Shown here one piece after another: positions 40,475 to 53,285 of a DNA stretch of 64,000 bases (the stretch's first letter is position 1; every line of letters begins with the position of its first letter). The notes beneath the pieces were generated by a model, which saw only the letters and a list, made by a program, of their open reading frames with translations, was not told where the DNA came from and did not search any database. The stretch spans positions 45,818,001 to 45,882,000 of the forward strand of contig NC_043000.1 in the NCBI RefSeq assembly GCF_006345805.1, given 5' to 3'. The stretch comes from Octopus sinensis (lineage: Eukaryota). Both the position numbers and the translations under genes were made by a program.

Positions 40475-40895
40475 GGGGCAGAAGTGGCTGTGTGGTAAGT
40501 AGCTTGCTTACCAACCACATGGTTCCAGGTTCCTTCCCAGTGCATGGCACCTTGGTCAAGTGTCTTCTACTATAGCCTCGGGTCAACCAAAGCCTTGTGA
40601 GTGGATTTGGTAGATGGAAACTGAAAGAAGCAGGTCGTATATATATATATATATATATTTATGTGTGTGTATATGTTTGTGTGTCTGTGTTTGCCCCCCA
40701 ACATCGCTTGACAACCGATGGTGGTGTGTTTACATGCCCGTAACTTAGCAATTCGGCAAAAGAAACTGATAGAGTAAGTACTTGGCTTCCAAAGAATAAG
40801 TTCTGGCTCCGATCTGCTCGACTAAAGGCGGTGCCCCAGCATGGCCACAGTCAAATGACTGAAACGAGTAAAAAGAGTAAAACGAGAAAAAGAGA
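40475..40895 (+). mobile_element. SINE family C, full-length, nested
   Basis: Matches 23371-23772 in the opposite orientation. Confidence 0.88.
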
Positions 40896-41010
40896 GAACC
40901 ACTAAGTCACAAATTTGTAGACATACCAACACCAGTTGTCAAGTGGTGGTAGGGAACAAGTATAGAAACAAAGACATACATGTACACACACACATACATA
41001 CATATATACA

Positions 41011-42665
41011 CACTACTGTGCAAAAATCCTCAGCCACTTTAAACTATTATAAATTTTGACTAATTGCCAACTTAAAAGTGGATGGTTTGCATTGCTTTTT
41101 TTACAGATGAATCATTGGCCTTGTTGGAGTCATTTCCATACCCAATCATTATATTTCATAGAAGGGGTTTTGAATGAAGGAGGCAAATGCGAGACGACCA
41201 ACAAAAATTGCCATGCAAAAGTTTTCTACCACCTCACATAAACCAATCAAAATACAGTGTTTTAAAACTGAAAAATGTCTATAATGAAATTTTATTACAA
41301 AATGTTCATTTAAAAAATTTACTGTACATTAATATTTTGTGTGGCTTCCCTAAACTTGAATAATTGCATCAATGCACCTAAGAAGAGACGTGTACAAATT
41401 CTTCACCATCTCAACATGAGATGCCATTCCCTGTGGCTGAGATCCTACAACTCTTCAAGATTGCATGGATTCTTCTGATGAACTATTCTCTTTAGTTCTG
41501 TCCACATTTGTTTGATGGCATCTATGTCAAGGCTCTGAGCTAGCCAGTCTTTGAAAATGGTAATACCTTCATCAACCAGACTCTGTTGTGGTTCACATGA
41601 TCTGTGGCATGGAGTTCCATCATGCTGAAAAATTTTACCTTCATCCAAGTCTGGCATCAATTTTTCATTCAGAAACTGGATGTATTTGGCACTAATCAGG
41701 TTACTGTCAATTCTAACCAACTTTCTTGAACCATCACTTTTTATGTATCTCTGAAGTTTACCCTCAAACTTAAACCTCAAACTTAACTGCTTTCATCATG
41801 TAACGTGGGTTGTTTCGCTTTCTAATAAAAGAAAATTTATCAGAAGGCCTCCAGGAAACTGAAATAACCTACATTACATGAAAACAGTGAAGTTTGGGGT
41901 TAAGAGTGGAATGCTTTGGAGATACATAAAAAGCGATGGTGCAAGAATGTTGGTTAAAATTGACTGTAACTTGAGCAGTGCCAAATACATCCAGTTGCTG
42001 AATGACAATTTGATACCAGACTTGGATGAAGCTGAGAGTTTTCAGCATGACAGAGTTCCATGCTACATATCACATGCATCACAACAGAATCTGGATGATT
42101 AAGGTGTTACTGTATTGAAAGGTTGGCCAGCTCGGAACCTGACTTAAATATCATTGAGCAAATGTCAACAGAACCAAAGAGAAGAGTTCATCAGAAGAAT
42201 CCATGCAATCTTGAGGAGTTGTAGGATCTCAGTCACAGAGAATGGCATCTCATACCTGTGGGGATGGTAAAGGATTCGTATGCATCTCTTTTCAGGTGCA
42301 TTAAAGCAATTATTCAAACTAAGGGAAGCCACACGAAATATTAACAATTTACAGTAACTTCTTGAAATGAAAATATTGTAATAAATTTTCCTTATAAACA
42401 TTTTTCTGTTTTAAAACACTGCATCTTGATTGGTTTATGTGAGGTGGCCGAAAACTTTTGCGTAGTAGTTTTTGTTGGTTGTCTCACATCTTCCCTTCTC
42501 AATCAGAACCCCTCCTATGAAATATATTGATTAGGTATGGAAATGACTCCAACAGGGCCAATGTTTCATCTGTAAAAAATGCAATGTGAAACATCCACTA
42601 TTGAGTTGGCAATTAATAAAAATTTACAACAGTTTAAAGTGGGTGAAGACTTGTGCACGGTACTG
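41011..42665. mobile_element. Foldback Tc1 derivative: two inverted 3' halves of an IR/DR-type Tc1
   Basis: 41011-41810 is the diverged reverse complement of 41868-42665; both arms encode the DDE C-terminal half (FQHDG.PCH, WPA.S.D...I.QMW); inner and outer direct repeats near 42444 and 42639. Confidence 0.88.
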
Positions 42666-44393
42666 TATGTATGAATGTGTATATATATATATATATATAT
42701 ATACAGTTTCCATCAAATATTTCCACTAACTAAGCACTGGTCATCATGAAGCTATAGTAGAAGACACTTGACCAAGATGTCACACAGAGGGTCTGAAGCC
42801 AGAACCATGTGGTTGGGAAGCAAACTTATTACCAAACAACCACGCCTATACTTCAGCTTTCAGCAGAAGAATCTTCACTGTTGTTTTAGAAAAATAAAGA
42901 CATTAGCAGCATATTCTTAAACTGTTGCTAAGCAGTAATGTCCAATGTTTGAAACTGCTTTCAGTACATAATTGTAAGTGGTCAATTAAAAAATATGAGA
43001 ATAATGAAGTTTGTTGTTTTGTAACACAAAGCAAGATACATTTTTATGCTGAACACAGTCTTTTATATCATATTGTTTTAACTGTTTTATAACAAACTCC
43101 TTATCAAAGCTAATCTGTTTGATAAAGTAGAAGTTCAACAATGCTGCAATTTTTAATTGTCTAAATTCATTTTGTCATCTTTTGAAATAGCTTTTAGTCA
43201 TTTAGTTTTAAATTGAAATGTCACTGTTGTTCGAGAGGAATTGCATTCAAAGTAACTCTCACAAAAATCTATTACGACTACCACAAGGAAAATATACAAA
43301 TGCATTCAGTTTGATTTATGAATTTTCTTTTTAGCTTGAGGATTATTTCAATACTACAAATTGAGAAAAATACTGATTCATTTGCCGAGTTAAAGAAATA
43401 AACCAAATTGCTTTATCAAAATATAAATTTTACAGCTGTCTTGGAATTACACATGATCAAGGAAGCTGTGTACATGTTCTTATCAGTAACTTTAATCCAG
43501 TATTGAAAAATAAACATACAAAACTTAAGGAAGAACTATGTGAAGAAATGCGCAGCTTACAAATTCTAAAGGAATGTATTTCTTTTCTGCAAAACTTCAA
43601 TATTTATTGAAGCAAAATTGTTGTGATTGCAAGACTTTCTGTTAACATATTTTTTAATGCTTTTCATATTTGTCTAACCTATAAACTGATATTTTAATGA
43701 CATTGTTGATTATCTTTTAGTCTTGAAATTCAATTAGGTAGAGGGAATAATTTTAGTATGTATGAGAACTAATAATTAACATGTGTATAAACAGACAAAG
43801 GTTTACATATATTTTAATAGTAATGAACTGCCCTTTTTTATATAACTAGTTAACAAATAATATTGAATAAAACTTTCTGAGTTGAAGGGGAAACCTCAAG
43901 GCATTCACTCAATGTGCAAGAAATAATTGCCAAAATTCTCTCAGATTACATAATACCATCATAAATAAAAAGAAAATTGGAGAATAAAATCCCTGAGACA
44001 GAAGAAAATGAGATTGTCGGTGTTGTGATACTATCTCCATGAAGGTTAACCTAAGATCAAACAGCAGCTAAGAAACTGCTCAATTTATTATCTACCCAAA
44101 TAATGGAATATGCTTCATCAATAAAATTAGTTGAACTGCCAATAAAGGAAGACTGGATTAATTAAAACTGTCCTAGTCATATGAAAATTAATGAAAAATA
44201 TCCACAACCTTTCGTATTAATGAGGTATGGAAATCTAATTAATCTATTTTAAAAGCAATATTAGATTAAGAAATCCAATTGAAGAAAATAAATATTCATT
44301 GAGCTGTTAGAAATGTTCTATGTTAAGCTTGATAATGTGAATATAGATATTTCAAAATTTGTCAAAAGAGAGAACATATAAGCACACACATAG

Positions 44394-44394
<1 letters not shown>

Positions 44395-44424
<30 letters not shown>

Positions 44425-44462
44425 TGTATGTATGTATGTATGTATGTATGTATGTATGTATG
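44395..44462. repeat. (TATG)n microsatellite
   Basis: Direct inspection. Confidence 0.95.
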
Positions 44463-44714
44463 AAATGCTCATCATTACAAACCCACCTACCCCCTTCAAA
44501 GGGCTGAACCACATGTTGCAACAACTTAGTATTCAAAGGCTCACAACATTTCAACACTTCCCAAAGAAATCTGTATAGAGTTGATGTAAATGTATTTAGT
44601 AAGTAGCTGCACTCTCTATGCTATTCCAGATGAATCAATGTCACAGCAAGAAGCACTACTGAAAGCAATAGTAACAAGCTCACTTACTCACCATAAGATA
44701 AATACTGTAGAAAT

Positions 44715-44920
44715 AATCCTTTCTACTACAGGCACAAGGCCTGAAATTATGAGGTAGGGAGATAATCTATTATATCGACCCAGTGCAAGACTGTTGCTTA
44801 TTTTATCAACCTTGAAATGATGAAAGACAAAGTCGACCCTGGCCACATTTGAAGTCAGAAACTAATGCTGCTCAGCAATTTACTCAGTGTGATAATGATT
44901 CTGTCAGCTCAGCTCACTTC
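44715..44920 (-). mobile_element. SINE family A variant, diverged
   Basis: GATGAAAGACAAAGTCGACC and TTCTGTCAGCTC match family A on the minus strand. Confidence 0.65.
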
Positions 44921-44927
44921 CTTTAGC

Positions 44928-45162
44928 ACTCTTTTACTCTTTTACTTGCTTCAGTCATTTGACTGCGGCCAGGCTGGAGCACCACCTTTAGTCGTGCAAA
45001 TCGACCCCAGGACTTATTCTTTGTGAGCGTAGTACTTATTCTATCGGTCTGTTTTGCCGAACCTCTAAGTTACGGGAACATAAACACACCAGCCTCGGTT
45101 GTCAAGCGATGTTGGAGGTGGGGGGAGGGGTAAGCACAGACACACAAACATACACACACATG

Positions 45163-45197
<35 letters not shown>

Positions 45198-45374
45198 TAT
45201 ATATATATAAATGACAGGCTTCTTTCAGTTTCCGTCTACCAAATCCACTGACAAGGCTTTGGTCGGCCTGAGGCTATAGTAGAAGACACTTGCCCAAGGT
45301 GCCACACAGTGGGACTGAACCCGGAATCATGTGGTTCATAAGCAAGCTACTTACCACACAGCCACTCCAATGCC
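44928..45374 (-). mobile_element. SINE family C, full-length
   Basis: High similarity to 23371-23772. Confidence 0.9.
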
Positions 45375-46529
45375 TATTTCACATTCTAGAAATAATACAA
45401 ACTGAATAGGTAGCACTCCATTCTAGCCATAACACTTATGCTGAAAGTAAAAAAAGAAACAAAATAAAAAAAAAAACAATAAAAGAATTGAAGACGATGT
45501 TCATACATACATACAGACAAACAGACACACATACACACACACACACACAGACACACACACACACGCACGCACACACACACACACATACATATACACAAAT
45601 ATATTGCTTACATATCCAATATTGATTGAATAAGCAAGAATGTACTTCATCAAGGAAGAGATAAATATTATTTAATGCATGCAATTACAAAATATTCATA
45701 CTTTAACATTAAATTGGTATATTAATACAGCATGCCATGTATCTTCAAGTAGTATTTAAGGCTTAGTTCATGCAGCAGATATATTTTAAAACCAGGATGC
45801 TGCACTACTAGAAAATTTGAGAAAATAAGAGCAGTAAAAAAAACAAGGAAATATAAAACGTAGAATGAGAAGGAAGAAAAGAAAACCAGGATCTTCATTC
45901 TCTTTTACTATAGAAACCATAATTAACTAGCTGGTAAAGAATGATATAACAGAAAGGAGGTCAAAATTTGTGAAGTAACTATTAAATCTAGAGTGGATGC
46001 TGTCCTCCAGTTCGACAAAAGAAACTCATGCATGTGTATACATTTGCAAAAGATTTGGATTGGGAATTAAGTAGTAGGGTGTAATTCTTGGACCTAAAAA
46101 GAATGAAACTATTAGTAACACTTCTGTAGCTGTGTATATTAAATATGTGTGTGTGTATAAGCAAAAATGTTAATTCTAAAATCTCTTTAAAAGAACAATG
46201 CAGTAATTGTACTAAAAGGTAATGTTCATAGTCACTTTAGTATGGCTGTTTGTTCAAACAGATTTTACTGTGAATTTTTAACTCCAAGAGGACATCTCCT
46301 CTAGCTGGTTAAAGATGTACAGCTGCATCCGAGGTATTGTGAGCAGGGGAGCAAACCCCTACCACGTTCTAGCAATGGGATAAGCAGATCAGCCTAGTTT
46401 TGAGCTATTTTTGCCTCTGTTCCCTACTGGACACCTCATCTGCTAGAGATGGCAGTAGCTTGCTTCTGCTCGCAATGTATATAATTTCAAACAGCATATG
46501 TATATATATATATATATATATATTTACTC

Positions 46530-46932
46530 ATTCTCTCTCATTTACTTGTTTCAGTCATTTGACTGTGGCCATGCTGGAGCACCGCCTTTAGCGAGCAAAT
46601 CGACCCCAGGACTTATTCTTTGTAAGCCTAGTACTTATTCTATCGGTCTCTTTTGCCAAACTGCTAAGTTACGGGGACATAAGCACACCAGCATCGGTTG
46701 TCAAGCGATGTTGGGGGGGATAAACACAACACAAAAACATACACATATATATATATATATATGCATATATACGACGGGCTTCTTTCAGTTTCCGTCTACC
46801 AAATCCACTCACAAGGATTTGGTCAGCCCGAGGCTATAGTAGAAGACACTTGCCCAAGGTGCCATGCAGTGGGACTGAACCCAGAATCATGTGGTTCGTA
46901 AGCAAGCTACTTACCACACAGCCACTCCTATG

Positions 46933-46934
<2 letters not shown>
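46530..46934 (-). mobile_element. SINE family C, full-length
   Basis: High similarity to 23371-23772. Confidence 0.9.
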
Positions 46935-46972
<38 letters not shown>

Positions 46973-47079
46973 CATACAGAGTTCAGTCACAAAAGTTCAA
47001 TAGAAAAAGTACAAGGCTTTTCAAAAGAGCAAATGCTGTGGGGACAATTCATTCAACTAGAAATTCTTTAAGATACTGC

Positions 47080-47492
47080 CCCAGCATGGCCACGTAAAAA
47101 GCATCCAGTCCTCACTGTAAAGTGGTTGGCATTTGGAAGGCCATCCAGTTGTAAAAACCATAGTAAAACTGATCTTGCCTGTACTGGTGCCATGTAAAAA
47201 GCACTCAATCCACTCTACAGGGTGGTTGGTGTTCAGAAGATCATCCAACTGTAAAAGCCATGCCAAAACAGACACAGATGCAGCCTTCTGCCTGGCTGAC
47301 TCCTGTCGAACCATCCAACCCATGCCAGCATGGAAGGTGGACATTAAACGATGGTGATGATGATGATGATGATGATGATGTGTGTGTGTGTGTGTGTGTA
47401 TGTGTGCATGTGTCATCATCATCATCAGCATCATCCACTTTGTCTGGCCAGCTCCTGTCAAGTCCATGCTAGCATGGAAAGCTGACATTAAA
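47080..47492 (+). mobile_element. RTE-tail retroposon family D (with internal duplication)
   Basis: GTGGTTGGCATTTGGAAGGCCATCCAG...CCATCCAACCCATGCCAGCATGGAAGGTGGACATTAAACGATG(GAT)n. Confidence 0.65.
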
Positions 47493-47498
47493 CAAAGA

Positions 47499-47541
<43 letters not shown>

Positions 47542-48245
47542 TTGCATTTCTAAATCTCTCAGAGAGATTTATACAGTAGCAGCATGATAAGGTGATGTCA
47601 TGCTGCCAACTTAATGTGGCAGTCCCATGAAAGGGAAGAATGCTACTGCTATTTAGCCCTAGGAAACTCCATTTCCAGTTGGCAATGACACATTTTCTGT
47701 GTCCTTATGTTTTCAAAGTGGGAGATAAGCACCTCCACCCAGCAAAGCCAGCATCCAGAGACTAGTTTCAGAGTCATGCTCATTGACAGCTAGCAAACCA
47801 TGCTACTCTAGACTGATGATAAGCAATGACTCTGAAATATCACCTCAAAGTACAGGTTTTTTCCTCTTTGTATGGGAGAGGAAGAAAACATCTGTGAATG
47901 TTGCACAAGCATGGTAAAAAATACCTCGCAAGTGCTGTGTGGTCAGATCAAACCCAGAATGACTTGGTTAGGAAGTGAACTTCTTAACCACATATTCATC
48001 CATGTTTGATCTTTCTCTCTTTTTTTCTAGTCCTCTCTTTTCTATTTGTATGAATGGTTATCTGTTTACGTGGTTCAAAAAAAAAAAAAATAGCGCATAA
48101 ATGCATAAAATGATTTTAAAATGTCTTCTAAACTATTTCTGATACATAAATTATATCTTCACACACACACACACACACGTACATGCATGCACGCACACAT
48201 GCACACATATATATATATATTTATAGGCATATGTGTGTGTATATA

Positions 48246-48276
<31 letters not shown>

Positions 48277-48329
48277 CTGTATATATGCATATATATGTAT
48301 ATACATATGTATGTGTATATGTATGTATG

Positions 48330-48606
48330 TGTATATGTATGTATGTTTGTATGTATGTATGTATGTATGTATGTATGTATGTATGTATGTATGTATGTAT
48401 GTATGTATGTATGTATGTATGTATGTAGCTATGTATGTGTGTATGTATGCATGCATGCATATTTCTAAATCTGAAATGTGTATATGTATGTATGTTTGTA
48501 TGTATGTATGTATGTATGTATGTATGTATGTATGTATGTATGTATGTATGTATGTAGCTATGTATGTGTGTATGTATGCATGCATGCATATTTCTAAATC
48601 TGAAAT
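48330..48606. repeat. Tandem duplication (~130 bp) spanning a (TATG)n run and its flank
   Basis: GTAGCTATGTATGTGTGTATGTATGCATGCATGCATATTTCTAAATCTGAAAT occurs twice, each after a TATG run. Confidence 0.9.
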
Positions 48607-49461
48607 CATCTGAAAACATATCTTTGCTCTAGTTTTTAGTGTGTCTTCTGATATGCTCACCATTTTCTAGTATTTTAACTAAACTTCATGACTTTTGAAA
48701 TAAACATTTCAAAGCATTATAGATTCATAACTGCAGGTTTAAAGATAACATAGCATTATATCTCATTATGTTTGATATTTTCTATCAATGGTTTAAACTT
48801 AATTTTGTTTTTCATACACAAGACAAGTTATTTCATAAATATGATAATTTCTAAACAACAACAAAAACATGTCATAAATATTTGAAGGACAAAAGAAAGG
48901 TATCATACCACCAGTCTAAACCATGCTTGTGAAAGTCATTTTTATCTTAACTAGATTAGTTTATCCCTGCCATTAGATGTTTGGTATTTGCATGGTTATC
49001 TTTTTTTTCTCTCACATTTTTGCTGTTTTGTTTATAATTTTCGCCACACCAGGATAAGCAGAATTATACCAGTAAATTCAGAAATTTTCCATCAGATGTT
49101 TTGGAAGAAAAATTTTTATAACCAGTACTATTTCTAACCCTACCTTTTCTTTTGATTTATTATTTAGTCTGAAGGTGAAGTGATAGTTCTGAAAATCTTT
49201 GCAGGATTTCTCAGGACAGTAAGGTCAATGAATTAGATACTCTCCTTGAATTTCTTCTTGTTGGTTTATGAAGGTAAAGCGTTAGTAGATAGGGATTCGA
49301 AAGTGTATTTCTGGAGAGAGATATTTTGTGTGGAGAGGATTTCTTGAGTGATATGCAACATAAAAAATGAGAAGAGGAAAGATAGGTGTTGTGGACAGTC
49401 TTGGACATATGTTCTATGTAAATGTGGTAATTTGGATGAGTAATAGCTATGGTTGAGTAAA

Positions 49462-49778
49462 GACATGTGGCTTAATGGTTAGGGTATTTGGTTCATATTC
49501 TTAGTTTGTGAGTTCAATTCCCAGTGATGTGTTGTATCCTTGAGCAAGACATTTTATTTCAGATTGCTCCAGTCCACTCAGCTGGCAAAAATGAGTAGTA
49601 CTTGTAATTTTAAAGGGCCAGCCTCATCACATTTTCTGTCCTGCTGAGCCTCCCTGAGAACTACGTTAAAGTACACGTGTTTGTGGAGTACTCAGCCACT
49701 TGCACGTTAATTTCATGAGCTGTTCTATTCATTGGATCAACTGGAGCCCTCATAATTGTAACCAATGGATTGCCAGAT
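49462..49778 (+). mobile_element. tRNA-derived SINE related to family B
   Basis: TGGCTTAATGGTTAGGG, GAGTTCAATTCCC; 3' half shared with 52780-52938. Confidence 0.7.
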
Positions 49779-50557
49779 TCTGCCAGCTGTGGTTGTTGTA
49801 TAGCTTTTAGTGAACACTAACTGAAAAAACCTATGTGAAGAAGGCATTCCAAGTGTGACCATCCCATGATCCCCCTCCAGTGTAGCTAAGACTACATTAT
49901 CTAATGTATGCTTTCCCTTGTCTAAGGTAAAAGAGTATTGTATAAGAGAGATTTAGTTGTTATTTCTTGCAGATCATGCAATGCACAGACATTAGACTTT
50001 TGGTTCCATTGTAGTAATAGTAAAAGAGACAAACAGAGGATATATATGCCTTTAGGTTGTATCACCCCATTGATTGAATCTTTACCAATCAATATATTAG
50101 CTTTTTTTTTTTTTGGTGGGAGGAAGTGGAGAAGTTGAATTAAGATATAAAAGAGTTTTGCCTGCAGTAAAGCTGAATGTCCAAAACATGAGAAAAATTC
50201 TCTCATATCTGTTTATCTATTGAACATGAGTTTTATATATATCAGCAAAACAGTAAAACAATTGCTGTAATTTTGATCCCAGGAGATGTTACTTAAACTT
50301 TGTAATGCTGCTATGGCAGTTCTGTAATCTTGTAAGATGGTTATGATACCCTACAACATAGATTCATGAGTGATATTTCTACGGAACTCTGTCGTAATGC
50401 AGGAGCTATCTAGGTAGTGTGCAATGGATTTTTATTAGTATAATTTAGAGCATTAGAAAATCCATCTTAATCCTTGTGCATTATATAAAACATTAACAAA
50501 TTTACATTTATGAATTTATGTTGCAAGATTCCTGATGTGAAATCGTGTGTTGAAGCA

Positions 50558-50880
50558 GATATTGTTGAATTTCCAGATGTTCAATTATTATTATTTTTTT
50601 TTTTTGTTACCAAATAAACACATGCATTATATATTCATTCTTCACTCATTTATTACTGTTCTTATTTTAAGTCATGTCCGGAAATCTTTCATCACACATC
50701 TGTGACCTCTTCAGTGACACTTTTCAGAAAGCATCCCTGAAGAGGTCACAGATGTGTGACAAAAGATTTCCAGACAATGGACAGTAAGAACAGCAATAAA
50801 GGAGTGAAGAACAAGTATACAGTCCATGTGTTTATTTGGCCACGACAATAAAAAGGACCATCCCAAAATACAACAATATT
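50558..50880. repeat. ~150-bp inverted repeat with hammerhead-like cores at the inner ends (Penelope-type foldback)
   Basis: Arms 50558-50714 and 50737-50880; each reads CTGAAGA-G-GTCACA-GATG-TGTGAY-(G)AAA-GATTTCC. Confidence 0.7.
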
Positions 50881-52169
50881 AATAAATTTGTTATGCTGAT
50901 TTATAAATTAATAAAATAAGGTAAACAAAAGTTCTTGCCTTTTTATACCTTTTACTTGATTCAGTCATTTGATTGTCACCATGATAAAGCATCACCTTAA
51001 AGAGTTTTAATTAAACTAATCAACCGCAAGACTTATTTTTTTCAAGCCAAGTACTTATTTTGTCAGTCTCTTTTCCCAAACCACTGAACACACCAATACC
51101 GGTTGTCAAGTAGTTGTTTAAATTTCCATACAGATTGTGCATGTTTCTTTTTTTTTTTTTTTGGCAGTGCTCCAGCGTGGTCACAGTCAAATGACTGAAA
51201 CAGGTAAAAAAATATAATCTTCAGTTTGTCTAGAAGTCAAAAGGAATGAGATCCACTCAGCAGAACTGAGTTAAGTATTATGAACAAATTCCCAAGAGGT
51301 AACATATGCTTGTTTTTGTAAGAGTTAAACTTATACTTACAAGATTATTTGTTCAGCCTCTTAACTCACTATCACTTAAGCAAAGAAATTTTGGCACCTT
51401 AGGCAAGTGTTTTCAGCTGTAGCCCTAGGCTGACCAAAACCTTGTGAGTGAATTCAACTGAAGGAAATTGAATAAAGACTGTCATGTATGTATGTGTGTG
51501 TGTTGTGTGTATGGGAGGTGTACATGTGTGTCAAGGTGCATTCTTGTGTGTATTCATGTGTTTGTTTATTTCTATGCTTCTTCAAAAGTTACTTCAGGAA
51601 AATGGTGATGTTATTTCTTCTGTCAACATATCGTCCTCTGCCTTTGTGCCATCAAACACATATTGAATAAGAGATATTTATTTGGAAAAAAAGTTTGTTA
51701 AGTATGAGCAACAAGAAAGACATCTGACTATTTGGCAATACTTCAATAATATATTTGTCTAATCCATGTTAGCATTGAAAAGCAAATATATAAATGAAAC
51801 AAAATAAAAACATGATTAAAAATTAGAGAGGTTAGTTTGTTCAATTTTACCAGGTTACTTAGACTTTATAGATTTCACCTAACATAGCTTAAATGCATAT
51901 TTAAGTTTTCAATCCAACATTTTTGAATAAGAAACTGGTAAAAAGTTAATTTTGTAATGTACCAAAGGATGATTTAGATATAAAAATATTATTTCAGTAA
52001 TTTTATTAAATTAATTACTCTGATATTGCTTTTTTCAGCGTCAATATTTGAGATATTTTCTTTTTGTTTTTATGAATTTTGCAGATATGTTATTGGATAT
52101 CTGCAATATTTGTAATTTGAAGTAAGGATTTGATGCAAAGCTGTACAATTCTAAAAGATTAAATTTCTT

Positions 52170-53285
52170 AACAATAGACACTTTTGTATGAATATGAGAT
52201 TAGACATAAATGCAAGGACATAAGGTTGGGTAACCTTGTTTGGATTTATAATTGAATAATCTTGTACATATATAAGGTTGGGTATTTTGTATGGAAATGC
52301 GATTAAATGAATTGTTATGAATAAAAAGATTTGATGATATTGTAAGGATATAAAGATAAGTACCATTGTTTAGCTAAAACTATCAGCATTTTTGTATGGT
52401 TATGAAATTGGATATTCTTGCATGAATATAAGAATTGATACCCTTGAAAGGATATTCAGTTTTACAATTTTGGGGTACCCTTTTATGATATCCTTTAAAG
52501 TATAAGATATTTATAAGCTTGGATATGAGATTGCATATCCTTAGAAGACTTGCATGTCCTTGTATAGATATGTGACAGAATGTGGAGACACAATGGTCCA
52601 GTGGTTAGGGCAGTGGACTCGTGGTCATAGGATCGCAGTTTCAATTCCCAGACCGAGGATTGTAAGTGTTTATTGAGTAAAAACACCTAAAGCTCCACGA
52701 CGCTCCGACGGGGTGGTGGCGAACCCTACTGTACTCCTTCACCCCAACTTACTCTCACTCTTTCTTCCTGTTTCTGTTGTACCTGTATTTCAAAGGACCA
52801 GCCATGTCACACTCTGTGTCTTGCTGAATCTCCCCGAGAACTATGCTAAGGGTGCACTTACCCGTTAATTTCATGAGCAGGCTGTTCCATTGATTGGATC
52901 AACTGGAACCCTCATCATCATAACCAATGGAGTGCCACAATGTGATACGATATTCATGTATAGATATAAGCTTGGATAACCTTATACATCTGAATATAAC
53001 TTTACACAGCCTTTATAGATAAAATATTTTCAATGTAAAGATACAAGTTTGGATATCTTTAAATGGATGTAAGGTTATATATCCTTGTATGTATAAGAGA
53101 TTCATTATTCTTATGTTGATATAACACTGGGTATTCTTTTACGGATAGAATATTCAACATTCTAGCATGTATCTATGTTCAGCTATACCCATATGGATAT
53201 AAGAATAAATATCCTTCAATGGCTATAAGACTAGATATCCTTGAATGGATTTAAACGTAGATATCCTTGTAAGATATATGACATT
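52170..53285. repeat. Ancient degenerate 26-bp minisatellite interrupted by a SINE
   Basis: Adjacent 26-bp units such as ATATCCTTCAATGGCTATAAGACTAG and ATATCCTTGAATGGATTTAAACGTAG; GATATCCTTG-like motif recurs on both sides of the SINE. Confidence 0.6.
52583..52940 (+). mobile_element. tRNA-derived SINE family B
   Basis: Head matches 4164; different 3' part shared with 49462. Confidence 0.8.

Larger units (their letters stand above)
40318..42850 (-). mobile_element. Old family C SINE fragmented by a younger SINE and a Tc1 foldback
   Basis: Tail at 40318-40450, middle at 40895-41010 and head at ~42705-42850 are colinear once the two insertions are removed. Confidence 0.75.
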
